From IMG/VR virus record IMGVR_UViG_3300049846_001393, positions 1 to 64,000 of that record: 64,000 nt of DNA; one strand, written 5' to 3'. The notes beneath the pieces were generated by a model that saw nothing but the letters and a program-made list of their open reading frames with translations, searched no databases and was not told the DNA's origin. The position numbers and the translations under genes were made by a program. Numbering within the stretch: position 1 is the first letter of the stretch; every line of letters starts with the position of its first letter. Below are positions 9,183 through 17,245 of the stretch, piece by piece. Source of the DNA: a virus.

Positions 9183-11074
9183 TAAAAATCACCTTCAATC
9201 TGGACAGGCATAGAGCCCAAAGTGTTATCACCAGTTTTATATCTATAGACAGCTTTCTGCCAGTCATCGCCAGCAAGCCAATACTGTCTCTCTCTCAAAG
9301 CACGCTCATAAAGAGGATCGTCCTTTGGAACTATCGCCAAGGTCAACGGAGCAAACTGATATTGAACCAGCGAACCAACGCCGCCATCTCTTGACTTTAG
9401 AATTTTCATATTGATCTCTTTGCGCTGATCAACCTTCGCAATACCAATCTGCTGATCAGGATTCCAAAGCGACATCAACATATCTGCAGTTTCCTCTACA
9501 GCACCCGAAGACTTACCTTGATCTGCCTGAAGTTCAGCGCCATAATCACCAGTTCTATTAACCTGATGAGGAACAAAGAAAACAAGCTCCCTAGTCTTAG
9601 CGATACCCTTAAGACCCATAATTGCTGAAGTAACTCTGGCGTACTCTTCTCCAGCAAATGATCTTGAGTAGTAGCCTAGATAGTCAACAGCAACAATATC
9701 TGGACTAGAACCAGTTTCATACTCGTACTGATCAATACATACTTCTAGCTCTGCTTCTGATAGACGGTTTTTATCAACCATCATAATCTTATTGTTCCAG
9801 AACTTGACAGTATCTAAAGTAGTTACTCCGGGCTCATAAAAGTTATGAATTCTATGAGCTCTTTCAAACCACTCATTACGAGTCTGCTCAAGTGAAATAT
9901 AAAGAATCTTTATATCTGGCCTAATTAGAGCCATTCTATGGAAAATATTGAGGGTAGCCAAAGTCTTGCCAGAATTTGATTTAGCGATAACTACAACAAC
10001 CTGACCTGGTAAAAGTCCGTGCTGCATTTCGTTATCAATAGCACCAACATTGAAACGTAAACCCACTAGATCTGGATTACCCTCAATCTCTGTCCACTTG
10101 TCAAAAGCCTGTGATACAGAAACAAGTAGACCACCATGAGCTTTGGAAAGCAGGAAGTCAAAATCTTCACGCTGCTTACCATGAGTAACGTACCATTCAG
10201 ATACATCAATCTTTTTCTGGCCGGGACGAGCCTCTGGCATCTGAACAACACGGGAACGTGGTCCAAGACGAGTGGCTAACTTTTCTGCACCAGCCTTGCC
10301 GGCCGCATCATTGTCGAACAAAATGAAGATTCTTTTAGCATCCTCTAGTTCTCCGGTCCACTCAGGCTTCCAGATGTTCTCGCCAGGAATTCCTACAGCC
10401 GAATAACCAAGTTGACGAAGAACTAAAGCATCGAACTCACCAGCAGACAACAAAACAGTCTGCTCACCACGGATCACATCAACCCCATACATTCTCGCCT
10501 GAGAACCGGGAAGACCTAGATACTTACCACCAATTTCCTTGCCACGAATTGTAACAACATCACCATACTCCATATATGGAATGGTAATTTTGCCCTGTAG
10601 GAAATCTGATCCAAACTGGTTGATAAGACCAGTCTGCTTGATATCGTCAATCTCATAACCAGAAGCGACCAGATGAGTAAGAAGACCGCCGTCGGCCCAA
10701 CCAAGCTTAGAAGACTTGACAAGATCATCAGAAAGACCACGCTTCTGAGTCACATACTGATAGGCATCAATATTGTCATAAAGCCTAGATGAGTAATAGT
10801 CGGCAGCAGCAGACATAATACTACGAAGAGTATAAGAATCCTCGCCTATAGGATCATCGCCAAAGTGTTCACGAATAGCGTTAATCCCACCCTTTGACTG
10901 GCAAAGATGACAGAACCATGCCCCGTAAGACTCAGAATCAGGATCTACCTGAATATAGAGCCTGCCCCTCTTTTCCTGTGACTCATTGCAGAAGATACAA
11001 TGGGTATAAATATTCCCATTCCCGCCCTGCTTGAGTTGCATATCCTTAGACTCTAGATATGCTACTAAATCCAT
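9182..11074 (-). CDS. DNA primase-helicase (Zn finger + TOPRIM + DnaB-like SF4 helicase)
   Basis: CIFC..CHLC Zn finger; TOPRIM GEFDAL / FDNDAAG; Walker A AKSNSGKT; VDYLG; HQVNR; KSRDG. Confidence 0.92.
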   Translation of the reverse strand: MDLVAYLESKDMQLKQGGNGNIYTHCIFCNESQEKRGRLYIQVDPDSESYGAWFCHLCQSKGGINAIREHFGDDPIGEDSYTLRSIMSAAADYYSSRLYDNIDAYQYVTQKRGLSDDLVKSSKLGWADGGLLTHLVASGYEIDDIKQTGLINQFGSDFLQGKITIPYMEYGDVVTIRGKEIGGKYLGLPGSQARMYGVDVIRGEQTVLLSAGEFDALVLRQLGYSAVGIPGENIWKPEWTGELEDAKRIFILFDNDAAGKAGAEKLATRLGPRSRVVQMPEARPGQKKIDVSEWYVTHGKQREDFDFLLSKAHGGLLVSVSQAFDKWTEIEGNPDLVGLRFNVGAIDNEMQHGLLPGQVVVVIAKSNSGKTLATLNIFHRMALIRPDIKILYISLEQTRNEWFERAHRIHNFYEPGVTTLDTVKFWNNKIMMVDKNRLSEAELEVCIDQYEYETGSSPDIVAVDYLGYYSRSFAGEEYARVTSAIMGLKGIAKTRELVFFVPHQVNRTGDYGAELQADQGKSSGAVEETADMLMSLWNPDQQIGIAKVDQRKEINMKILKSRDGGVGSLVQYQFAPLTLAIVPKDDPLYERALRERQYWLAGDDWQKAVYRYKTGDNTLGSMPVQIEGDF

Positions 11075-11090
11075 TTTTTCTCTTTCGACG

Positions 11091-11315
11091 CTATTTTGCC
11101 TTGATAAAGGTTGTTATAGCTATAAAGACGAATGCGATTTCTAAACCAAAGTTTGGCCAAGCACCATCAACTAATGCGCTAATACCAAGCATTGTTCCAG
11201 CTAAACCATTTATAATGGAAGCTTTTCTACTGTTAGAAGGCCAAACATTTCTTGCAGCCTGAAAATAGGCAAACAAAATAAGAAATGCGCCAGTCCAACC
11301 AATTAAATCAAACAT
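11091..11315 (-). CDS. small 3-TM membrane protein (CBU_0592/PQ-loop-like)
   Basis: DLIGWTGAFLILFAY...N.LAG...GAWP pattern. Confidence 0.6.
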   Translation of the reverse strand: MFDLIGWTGAFLILFAYFQAARNVWPSNSRKASIINGLAGTMLGISALVDGAWPNFGLEIAFVFIAITTFIKAK

Positions 11316-11410
11316 AATATTGAGTGAGGGTTGCTATGCTTGGAACGCTTGTGTTCACGTTCAGACCCAAAATCGCACAGCCATTACCGGGCCTACGACC
11401 CTCAGATCAA

Positions 11411-11665
11411 TCACTTGCCAAGGCGGTACTGGTAGGTGCCAGTCTCAGCGTTGAAACGCTTCTCAATAGCAAGACCAGAAGTACGAAGCTCACGAAGGCG
11501 ACGTAGACCCTGAACACTACCAATCTCCTCGTGGGTAAGCATCTCGCCATCTACCCAACCAGCAGTAGTCTTTACCTTGGTGCCATTAACCATAAGCTTG
11601 CCACGACGGGCGCTACGAAGCGCCTTAAGAACAAGCTCACGACGATTCATGGACTTAACTGTCAT
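11411..11665 (-). CDS. basic winged-helix-like DNA-binding protein
   Basis: GLRRLRELRTSGLAIEKR...YQYRL; SD AGGAG upstream. Confidence 0.55.
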   Translation of the reverse strand: MTVKSMNRRELVLKALRSARRGKLMVNGTKVKTTAGWVDGEMLTHEEIGSVQGLRRLRELRTSGLAIEKRFNAETGTYQYRLGK

Positions 11666-11700
11666 TATTTCTCCTATGTTTATTTACTGGTATACCCAGA

Positions 11701-12192
11701 TCAAAATGGCTCTTCGTTTGCGTATGGATCAGGAAGGGCACGAAGAACATCCTGAACACCATCACCAACGGTGCCATCACGCTTTGTGTAATTACGAACA
11801 ACTACACGGGCCTTCATGCCAGTCAGATCATCGGTATCAAACTCGTAGCCCTCTGGCATACGGTCAACACCGAAAATCTCCTGTGTCCAAAGACGAAGAC
11901 GGCAATTGTCTGAATCATTCCAGATCGGCTTAGCGTTACCCCAAAGGTTACGGTTCTTAAAGTCACCGTCAATAACCTTGAAACGGAAAGACACTTCCTG
12001 AGTATCCTTGATCTTGTACTTTGCACGGAACTCGGGGTTAATCTCGCGAAGCTCTACAGCAAGAACCTCAACATTAACAACCTTGCCCTCTGGAATAGGA
12101 TCAAAGGTACGCTTCTTCTGTGGCTGATCTGGGAAACCCCCACGATCATTAGAAGTATCGCCACCACTCTGATTCATCTGTAACTTAGCCAA
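11701..12192 (-). CDS. putative ssDNA-binding protein (DUF669-like)
   Basis: FDPIPEG..., FRFKVIDGDFKNRNLW, acidic C-terminal EEPF; follows a Sak4-like ATPase. Confidence 0.65.
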   Translation of the reverse strand: MAKLQMNQSGGDTSNDRGGFPDQPQKKRTFDPIPEGKVVNVEVLAVELREINPEFRAKYKIKDTQEVSFRFKVIDGDFKNRNLWGNAKPIWNDSDNCRLRLWTQEIFGVDRMPEGYEFDTDDLTGMKARVVVRNYTKRDGTVGDGVQDVLRALPDPYANEEPF

Positions 12193-12194
12193 TG

Positions 12195-13196
12195 TTATCC
12201 CTTTTTCTTAAAGCAATCCCCGCACATGGGAACGCCGAATCTCATTTTAGAAAGATCACTCCAAGTCTTCTGAGTAATTTCTACAGAACACTCGGAACAA
12301 TTCTCAACACCCTCATCAACCTCTTCCTCTTGTGTGACAGGCTGCTCAGGCTCAGGCTTTTGCTCAGGCTCTACAACCTCTTCCACAGGAGGAACAGTAA
12401 TAGATGAAGACTCTTGAAGATTATCAGCCGATAAAGCCGACTTAATCACATCAAAGAAATTTGACTCTGAAAGATCAATGACATTTGGAAGATTGCCAGT
12501 CTTATCATTGACCCACTCAGCCTCTACCTGAGGACCGGTAACAATCCAACGATCTACAGAAATATCTGTATGAGCAGCAAGAGTTGCTGTGGTCTTCATG
12601 CCAAGAATTTCAATATCATCTACCGACTGATCGCTAACGCTTCTAGCGTGCATCATCAAAGACATATCAACATACTCGTGAATATGCTCACAGAACTGAC
12701 CAGCAATTGCTGGCTTGATGATCACATCTTCACCGACGTTGACCTCTTTGGTGTGTGAAATGAGCACAATGTTGAGATCCAACTGACCCAGGCCAGCCAG
12801 GATGGCGTGCAAACGTGAATTTAACCATCCCCAGTCATCAAGCTTTGTTTCGGTACGGCGCTCGTTCTTCAGACGCTCAACAAGAAGCAAACGCTGAAGT
12901 TCATCAACGCTGTCAATGACCAGTGTCTCAACCTTTCGACCAAGAACAGACTCAACCCTATCCGAATCAAGGAATTCTTTTAGAGTAAAAAGATCATTCT
13001 CTGTCCCATAGTTTACATATGGAATATTTCCAATGCTTGCAAGTGTTGGTAGACCACAAGCAGCGTTTACCCAGATAGGATTAGGGAAACTGCTGGCAGC
13101 AAATGTCTTACCAACACCCGGCTGGCCTACGAGGAGAACTCTCGCATAATTAGGGAACTCATCTTTCCCAGAAATATTTACGGAAAATTCCGTCAT
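12195..13196 (-). CDS. AAA_24/Sak4-like ATPase (ssDNA annealing) with C-terminal Zn finger
   Basis: GQPGVGKT, TLVIDSVDEL, DDWG, IVLISH, C-terminal CSEC..CGDC. Confidence 0.8.
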   Translation of the reverse strand: MTEFSVNISGKDEFPNYARVLLVGQPGVGKTFAASSFPNPIWVNAACGLPTLASIGNIPYVNYGTENDLFTLKEFLDSDRVESVLGRKVETLVIDSVDELQRLLLVERLKNERRTETKLDDWGWLNSRLHAILAGLGQLDLNIVLISHTKEVNVGEDVIIKPAIAGQFCEHIHEYVDMSLMMHARSVSDQSVDDIEILGMKTTATLAAHTDISVDRWIVTGPQVEAEWVNDKTGNLPNVIDLSESNFFDVIKSALSADNLQESSSITVPPVEEVVEPEQKPEPEQPVTQEEEVDEGVENCSECSVEITQKTWSDLSKMRFGVPMCGDCFKKKG

Positions 13197-14035
13197 AAAT
13201 CTTTCTCCGATACTTCTTCTTCGACGGGACGGCCAGAATATACAGGACAAATCTCGGTGTACGAACACATTCCGCAAGATTCCCCAGAAATATTTGGAAC
13301 AAAGATCTGATTATCCACGGCTTTCTCAATTTCATCCAAACAACGATGAAGTTGATTTAGATCGGACTCAGTTCTTTTGCCGACCTCATATTCTTTTGCT
13401 TTTCTTAGATCGTACCAAACTCCAACAACTTCATAGTTTTTAAACTTTTCGTAAAGTTCTTCACCATTAGGAAAACCAGAATATTTCTCTATCTCTGGCT
13501 CCCAACCCATCCAAAACTCTGGCTGAGTGGCCGCATACATATAAGATGTGAACTGAACGTCAAAACTAAGATTGTAGGCACTTGGCCTGTATCCAGTTTT
13601 AAGATCGGTAATCTTTAAAACATTCGACCCAACTGGAGTTTCCAGAATATCAACAATGCCAGAAATATAATGATTTCTGAACGGGACGCAAAAGCGATGC
13701 TCAGTAGCAATAATTTCTTTATCGACCCACTTATTTTCTTCATGGTACATACGAATGAACTCAATGCCACGCTCCCTATATTGTCCATACGAAGTATTGC
13801 GATTCCACATTTCGGGCTCTATACCGAACTCTGCTGGATTATCCCAAGCAAAAAGGAAACATCTCTCTGCCGCCTTAACATCTTGAGTGTTGTTATATAG
13901 CTCAAGTGCTAAATGAACTGCAGTACCGAAAGATGCGGCAGAGGACTGCTGCTGCTCAACACCATCTATATAATTAAACTTTGCTTGCAAAGGGCAACGC
14001 ATGAAGCATTTAATCATGCTTGGACTAAACTTCAT
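13193..14035 (-). CDS. PD-(D/E)XK RecB/Cas4-like exonuclease
   Basis: FSPS.I..F.RCP, FGTAVHLALE, GIVD...ITDLKTG, Q..SY, C-terminal CGMCSY..IC. Confidence 0.88.
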   Translation of the reverse strand: MKFSPSMIKCFMRCPLQAKFNYIDGVEQQQSSAASFGTAVHLALELYNNTQDVKAAERCFLFAWDNPAEFGIEPEMWNRNTSYGQYRERGIEFIRMYHEENKWVDKEIIATEHRFCVPFRNHYISGIVDILETPVGSNVLKITDLKTGYRPSAYNLSFDVQFTSYMYAATQPEFWMGWEPEIEKYSGFPNGEELYEKFKNYEVVGVWYDLRKAKEYEVGKRTESDLNQLHRCLDEIEKAVDNQIFVPNISGESCGMCSYTEICPVYSGRPVEEEVSEKDL

Positions 14036-14300
14036 CAGGATCTTCCCTATATAATATTCCGAATACGTAGAGCATTTCCTCGGCAGAGCAGCCAAGTGCG
14101 CTCAAAATTTTAATCAGTGCTTTAGATGATGGAATTGTAGAGTTTGTCTCAACCTTAGAAAGATAAGCGGGAGATAGACCACAAAGTTCGGAAGCAGCCC
14201 TGGAGGAAAGGCCGCTACGAATCCTTATCTGCTTAACGACTTCCCCAATAGTTAGTCCAGATGATTCACCCAACGAAAGGAATAATTTTGTCACAACCAA
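14025..14300 (-). CDS. XRE-family HTH regulator
   Basis: IRIRSGLSSRAASELCGLSPAYLSKVE...PS..ALIKI. Confidence 0.8.
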   Translation of the reverse strand: MVVTKLFLSLGESSGLTIGEVVKQIRIRSGLSSRAASELCGLSPAYLSKVETNSTIPSSKALIKILSALGCSAEEMLYVFGILYREDPDEV

Positions 14301-14721
14301 AACACCTCCAATTCTTTTCGTCTAGATCTAGATAGCCACCATATACAGATAGATGTGGGCAAGGTTGTGTAAACAAGAAAGAATCTGGCATAGGATTTAG
14401 AGCCTGTGCAGAAATGAGCGATCTATCGCCTGCATCAGTCATCTTGTCTGACTGAATCCAGCCGAGAATCAAGCCCTTCGTCATAATGACCGTAATGTCA
14501 GCGTATGGCGCTGTGCTGTGGATCAGATTGCCACGAAGCTCGCCGGCACAAACCCCAATAGACTTACCCGCCAAATCTTCAAGAATTAGGCCATGCTCAT
14601 TAATATTATCAACAGTTAAAGATAGTTCATAACGCTGAACTATCGGATGCTGGGATATATCTTGAGTACCTTGAATATTTATTGACACCATTGTTCCAGT
14701 CGGAATACCAGCCATCTTCAC
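14266..14721 (-). CDS. hypothetical protein with C-terminal Zn ribbon; start uncertain
   Basis: CPH...WRCFGC; 5' part overlaps the glycosyltransferase. Confidence 0.45.
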   Translation of the reverse strand: MKMAGIPTGTMVSINIQGTQDISQHPIVQRYELSLTVDNINEHGLILEDLAGKSIGVCAGELRGNLIHSTAPYADITVIMTKGLILGWIQSDKMTDAGDRSLISAQALNPMPDSFLFTQPCPHLSVYGGYLDLDEKNWRCFGCDKIIPFVG

Positions 14722-15793
14722 GCAATGTTTCTAGCTGCTCAAAGTATGCTTGATAAAGCCATCTAACCCTATCTGTAGAAAAATTATTCACAGCATATTC
14801 TCTAATAGTTTTGGGGTCTAGCTTATCAAGATTTTCTACAGCCCAAACAGCTTCGCCCAAAGTTCTAGCCCTATAACCAGTTACACCATGAATAACTGTT
14901 TCGGGGAAAACACCCCAATCAGTTGTTATCACTGGAGTACCTGTAAACGCAGCCTCAATATGAACACCTTCAAATGGACCAACATACTGAGTATTTACTA
15001 GAACAGCCGAAGCTTCTCCGAACAACTTAGCCTTCTGCTCTGGGTCTGTTACCACACCGAGATATTCGAAATCGCAGTCCAACTGCAGATGGTCGCCATA
15101 AAGAACGCCATCTCGGACCTCTCCACCCTGCCCGACGACGAGAAGTTTCTTGCCGGTCTTCTTACAAAGATCATTAACTACATTAAGACCCTTGCGCTGA
15201 GTTAGCCTACCTATATAAAGAAGATAATCTTTTTTCTTTTCATATAAAGGAAAGTCGGTAAAATTATAATAATTAGGTATCACAAAATCAAAATAACGCC
15301 CATCCTCTATTCCGCACTTTCCATAAACATAATGCATCCAAGCATAAGATTCAAAAATACAAAAATTAGAAAAGATGCCTTCATATCCAATACCGTACTC
15401 AACAGAGGTATGGTTTGGGAAAGCGTCAGCAATTGGCTTCTGGCAAACTCCACCAATTAAACAAATGAAATCGTTAGGCTGGATGCGTTTACCAATCTCC
15501 TCAACCGAACCAATATTCATTATTTGCCAATAAGCTAGTTTAGAATCCCATTCAATAGGAAAAAAAGTTTTAGTATGATCATCCCTAAAATAATAGTTCT
15601 GCATTTTCTTTGAGATAATGCTTACATGCTCAGTTACCTCAGCATCATTATCTTCACTTGAATACAGAAAAACTTCATGACCAAGACTTGTCATCATATT
15701 ACAAAAACGCACAACCTTAGTTGTGTAAGCACAATGAACAAAGTCTTTAGTTGTTTGTGTATGTGGAAGAGAAACTACATGAAATCTCATCAA
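14627..15793 (-). CDS. GT4-family (GT-B) glycosyltransferase
   Basis: GHEVFLY, LLYIGRLTQRKG, GPFEGVHIEAAFTGTPVITTDWGVFPETVIHGVTGY. Confidence 0.88.
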   Translation of the reverse strand: MMRFHVVSLPHTQTTKDFVHCAYTTKVVRFCNMMTSLGHEVFLYSSEDNDAEVTEHVSIISKKMQNYYFRDDHTKTFFPIEWDSKLAYWQIMNIGSVEEIGKRIQPNDFICLIGGVCQKPIADAFPNHTSVEYGIGYEGIFSNFCIFESYAWMHYVYGKCGIEDGRYFDFVIPNYYNFTDFPLYEKKKDYLLYIGRLTQRKGLNVVNDLCKKTGKKLLVVGQGGEVRDGVLYGDHLQLDCDFEYLGVVTDPEQKAKLFGEASAVLVNTQYVGPFEGVHIEAAFTGTPVITTDWGVFPETVIHGVTGYRARTLGEAVWAVENLDKLDPKTIREYAVNNFSTDRVRWLYQAYFEQLETLREDGWYSDWNNGVNKYSRYSRYIPASDSSAL

Positions 15794-16371
15794 ACAAGAA
15801 CCCTACCTACGCTCCAAAGATTTTCTTTTCCAAAAACAAAATCAAGTCTAAGATAAGCATTTGTGTGATACAGTCCATCACCAGTATACATATTAACTCT
15901 TAGCAAAGAGTTGCCTTTAAGTTTTTTTATTCTTATAGTTTTTCCACCAGGTATATCGGTAGTATGACCTGGATCAGTTGAGCTTATTATTTGAACAAAA
16001 TCCGTATTTGGATATATATAATCAAGTTTTGGTGTGTGAGACATAGCACAACCAGCTCCATCGTTATAAGACCCAGTTCTAAATATCAATGTCTCATTCT
16101 GAAACTCAGGCTGCAAATCACACTCTAAAGTTAATTCTATACGTTCAAATTCCGAATTTTGTCTCTCAACCCTACCCCTATAAGTAACATCAATATACCC
16201 TGCCCTAACAGAGCCCCTAGCAGTAAAAGACTGTGTATTTGCATTTGTGCCACCACAATTATAGCTATCCTCAAAATCTATTTGAGCTCTTGTTGGAGAT
16301 AAAATATATTCTGGAACACCAACAAAACCATTTGTCTGTTGATCTGCAGGATTCCAGACTATTCCAGCCAT
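15790..16371 (-). CDS. putative minor tail/virion protein
   Basis: Beta-rich ORF at the end of the tail module. Confidence 0.5.
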   Translation of the reverse strand: MAGIVWNPADQQTNGFVGVPEYILSPTRAQIDFEDSYNCGGTNANTQSFTARGSVRAGYIDVTYRGRVERQNSEFERIELTLECDLQPEFQNETLIFRTGSYNDGAGCAMSHTPKLDYIYPNTDFVQIISSTDPGHTTDIPGGKTIRIKKLKGNSLLRVNMYTGDGLYHTNAYLRLDFVFGKENLWSVGRVLV

Positions 16372-16790
16372 TACACCGATCTTCCATAAAGTTGAACAGT
16401 TACATTACTATGTCCACCAGCAGCACTACATCTAATCTTAATCCAGTTAGTTGGACTAACAACGATATGATCAACATAACCAGAAGTTATATCAGCAGAA
16501 TTTTTTAAACTTGTAGCAACAAGAGAAATAGTTCTAGCAGTTTCAGTGCTACCAAAAGTGTTGTCACCTATAATCAAATCAAATGTTGTAGTTGCTGTAC
16601 CAACGCTTCCAGCTTGGACATACCAGTCAGTAAGCAAAATATTAGCTGACGGCGACCAAGGTCCAGAGGTAGAAACTTCAACCTCGCCATCTAAATAAAA
16701 TGGAGGAATATTAATATATGAAGCTCTTAGACCTGCTGTAAAAACATCTGTTGTCTGTGTTTTAATTATGCGATTTCTTTCATTAGCCAT
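16371..16790 (-). CDS. putative minor tail protein
   Basis: Beta-sandwich-like composition, position in tail operon. Confidence 0.5.
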   Translation of the reverse strand: MANERNRIIKTQTTDVFTAGLRASYINIPPFYLDGEVEVSTSGPWSPSANILLTDWYVQAGSVGTATTTFDLIIGDNTFGSTETARTISLVATSLKNSADITSGYVDHIVVSPTNWIKIRCSAAGGHSNVTVQLYGRSV

Positions 16791-16798
16791 GATTATTC

Positions 16799-17245
16799 CT
16801 AAATTGGATTACCAAAGGCTACACCAGTCAACTGCCACTGGACAATAACCTTTTGAGTTGGGGCACCAGTGACGACAACAGCAAGTTCGCAGCCTCTGTA
16901 AATTCTAGAAAATGGAGGATTCTCAACAGTTATCCATCTGCTTACAATTACAGAAACCGTTGGGAAAAAACCATCAACAATAACATCGCCCTCTTGAACT
17001 TCTGCGCCAAAAGTAATCAAAGGCTTTTCAGAGAAAGCGATAGGGAAATCAATTGGCACACGCTTCTCCCCAGAGTTCTTGATAAGAAACTCCCCAGTAA
17101 GAGTAGTGGGACCAGCCGCTGCCGAAGACATAGCAGCAGTCATGTCTTTTGCTATCATTGAGTTTCTAAATTTTTCAACTGCTTGAGCAGGGCTAGGAAA
17201 AGGTCTTTTAAAAACTTGTGCTTCATCACGCCAATCCATAATCAA
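16799..17245 (-). CDS. putative minor tail protein
   Basis: IDFPIAFSEKPLITFG resembles H-type lectin/gp53-like tail fibre C-terminal strands. Confidence 0.5.
   Translation of the reverse strand: MIMDWRDEAQVFKRPFPSPAQAVEKFRNSMIAKDMTAAMSSAAAGPTTLTGEFLIKNSGEKRVPIDFPIAFSEKPLITFGAEVQEGDVIVDGFFPTVSVIVSRWITVENPPFSRIYRGCELAVVVTGAPTQKVIVQWQLTGVAFGNPI

Noticed and set aside
13193-14035. Cas4-like nuclease as evidence of CRISPR
   Set aside because: No repeat-spacer array or other cas genes; the context is a phage recombination module.
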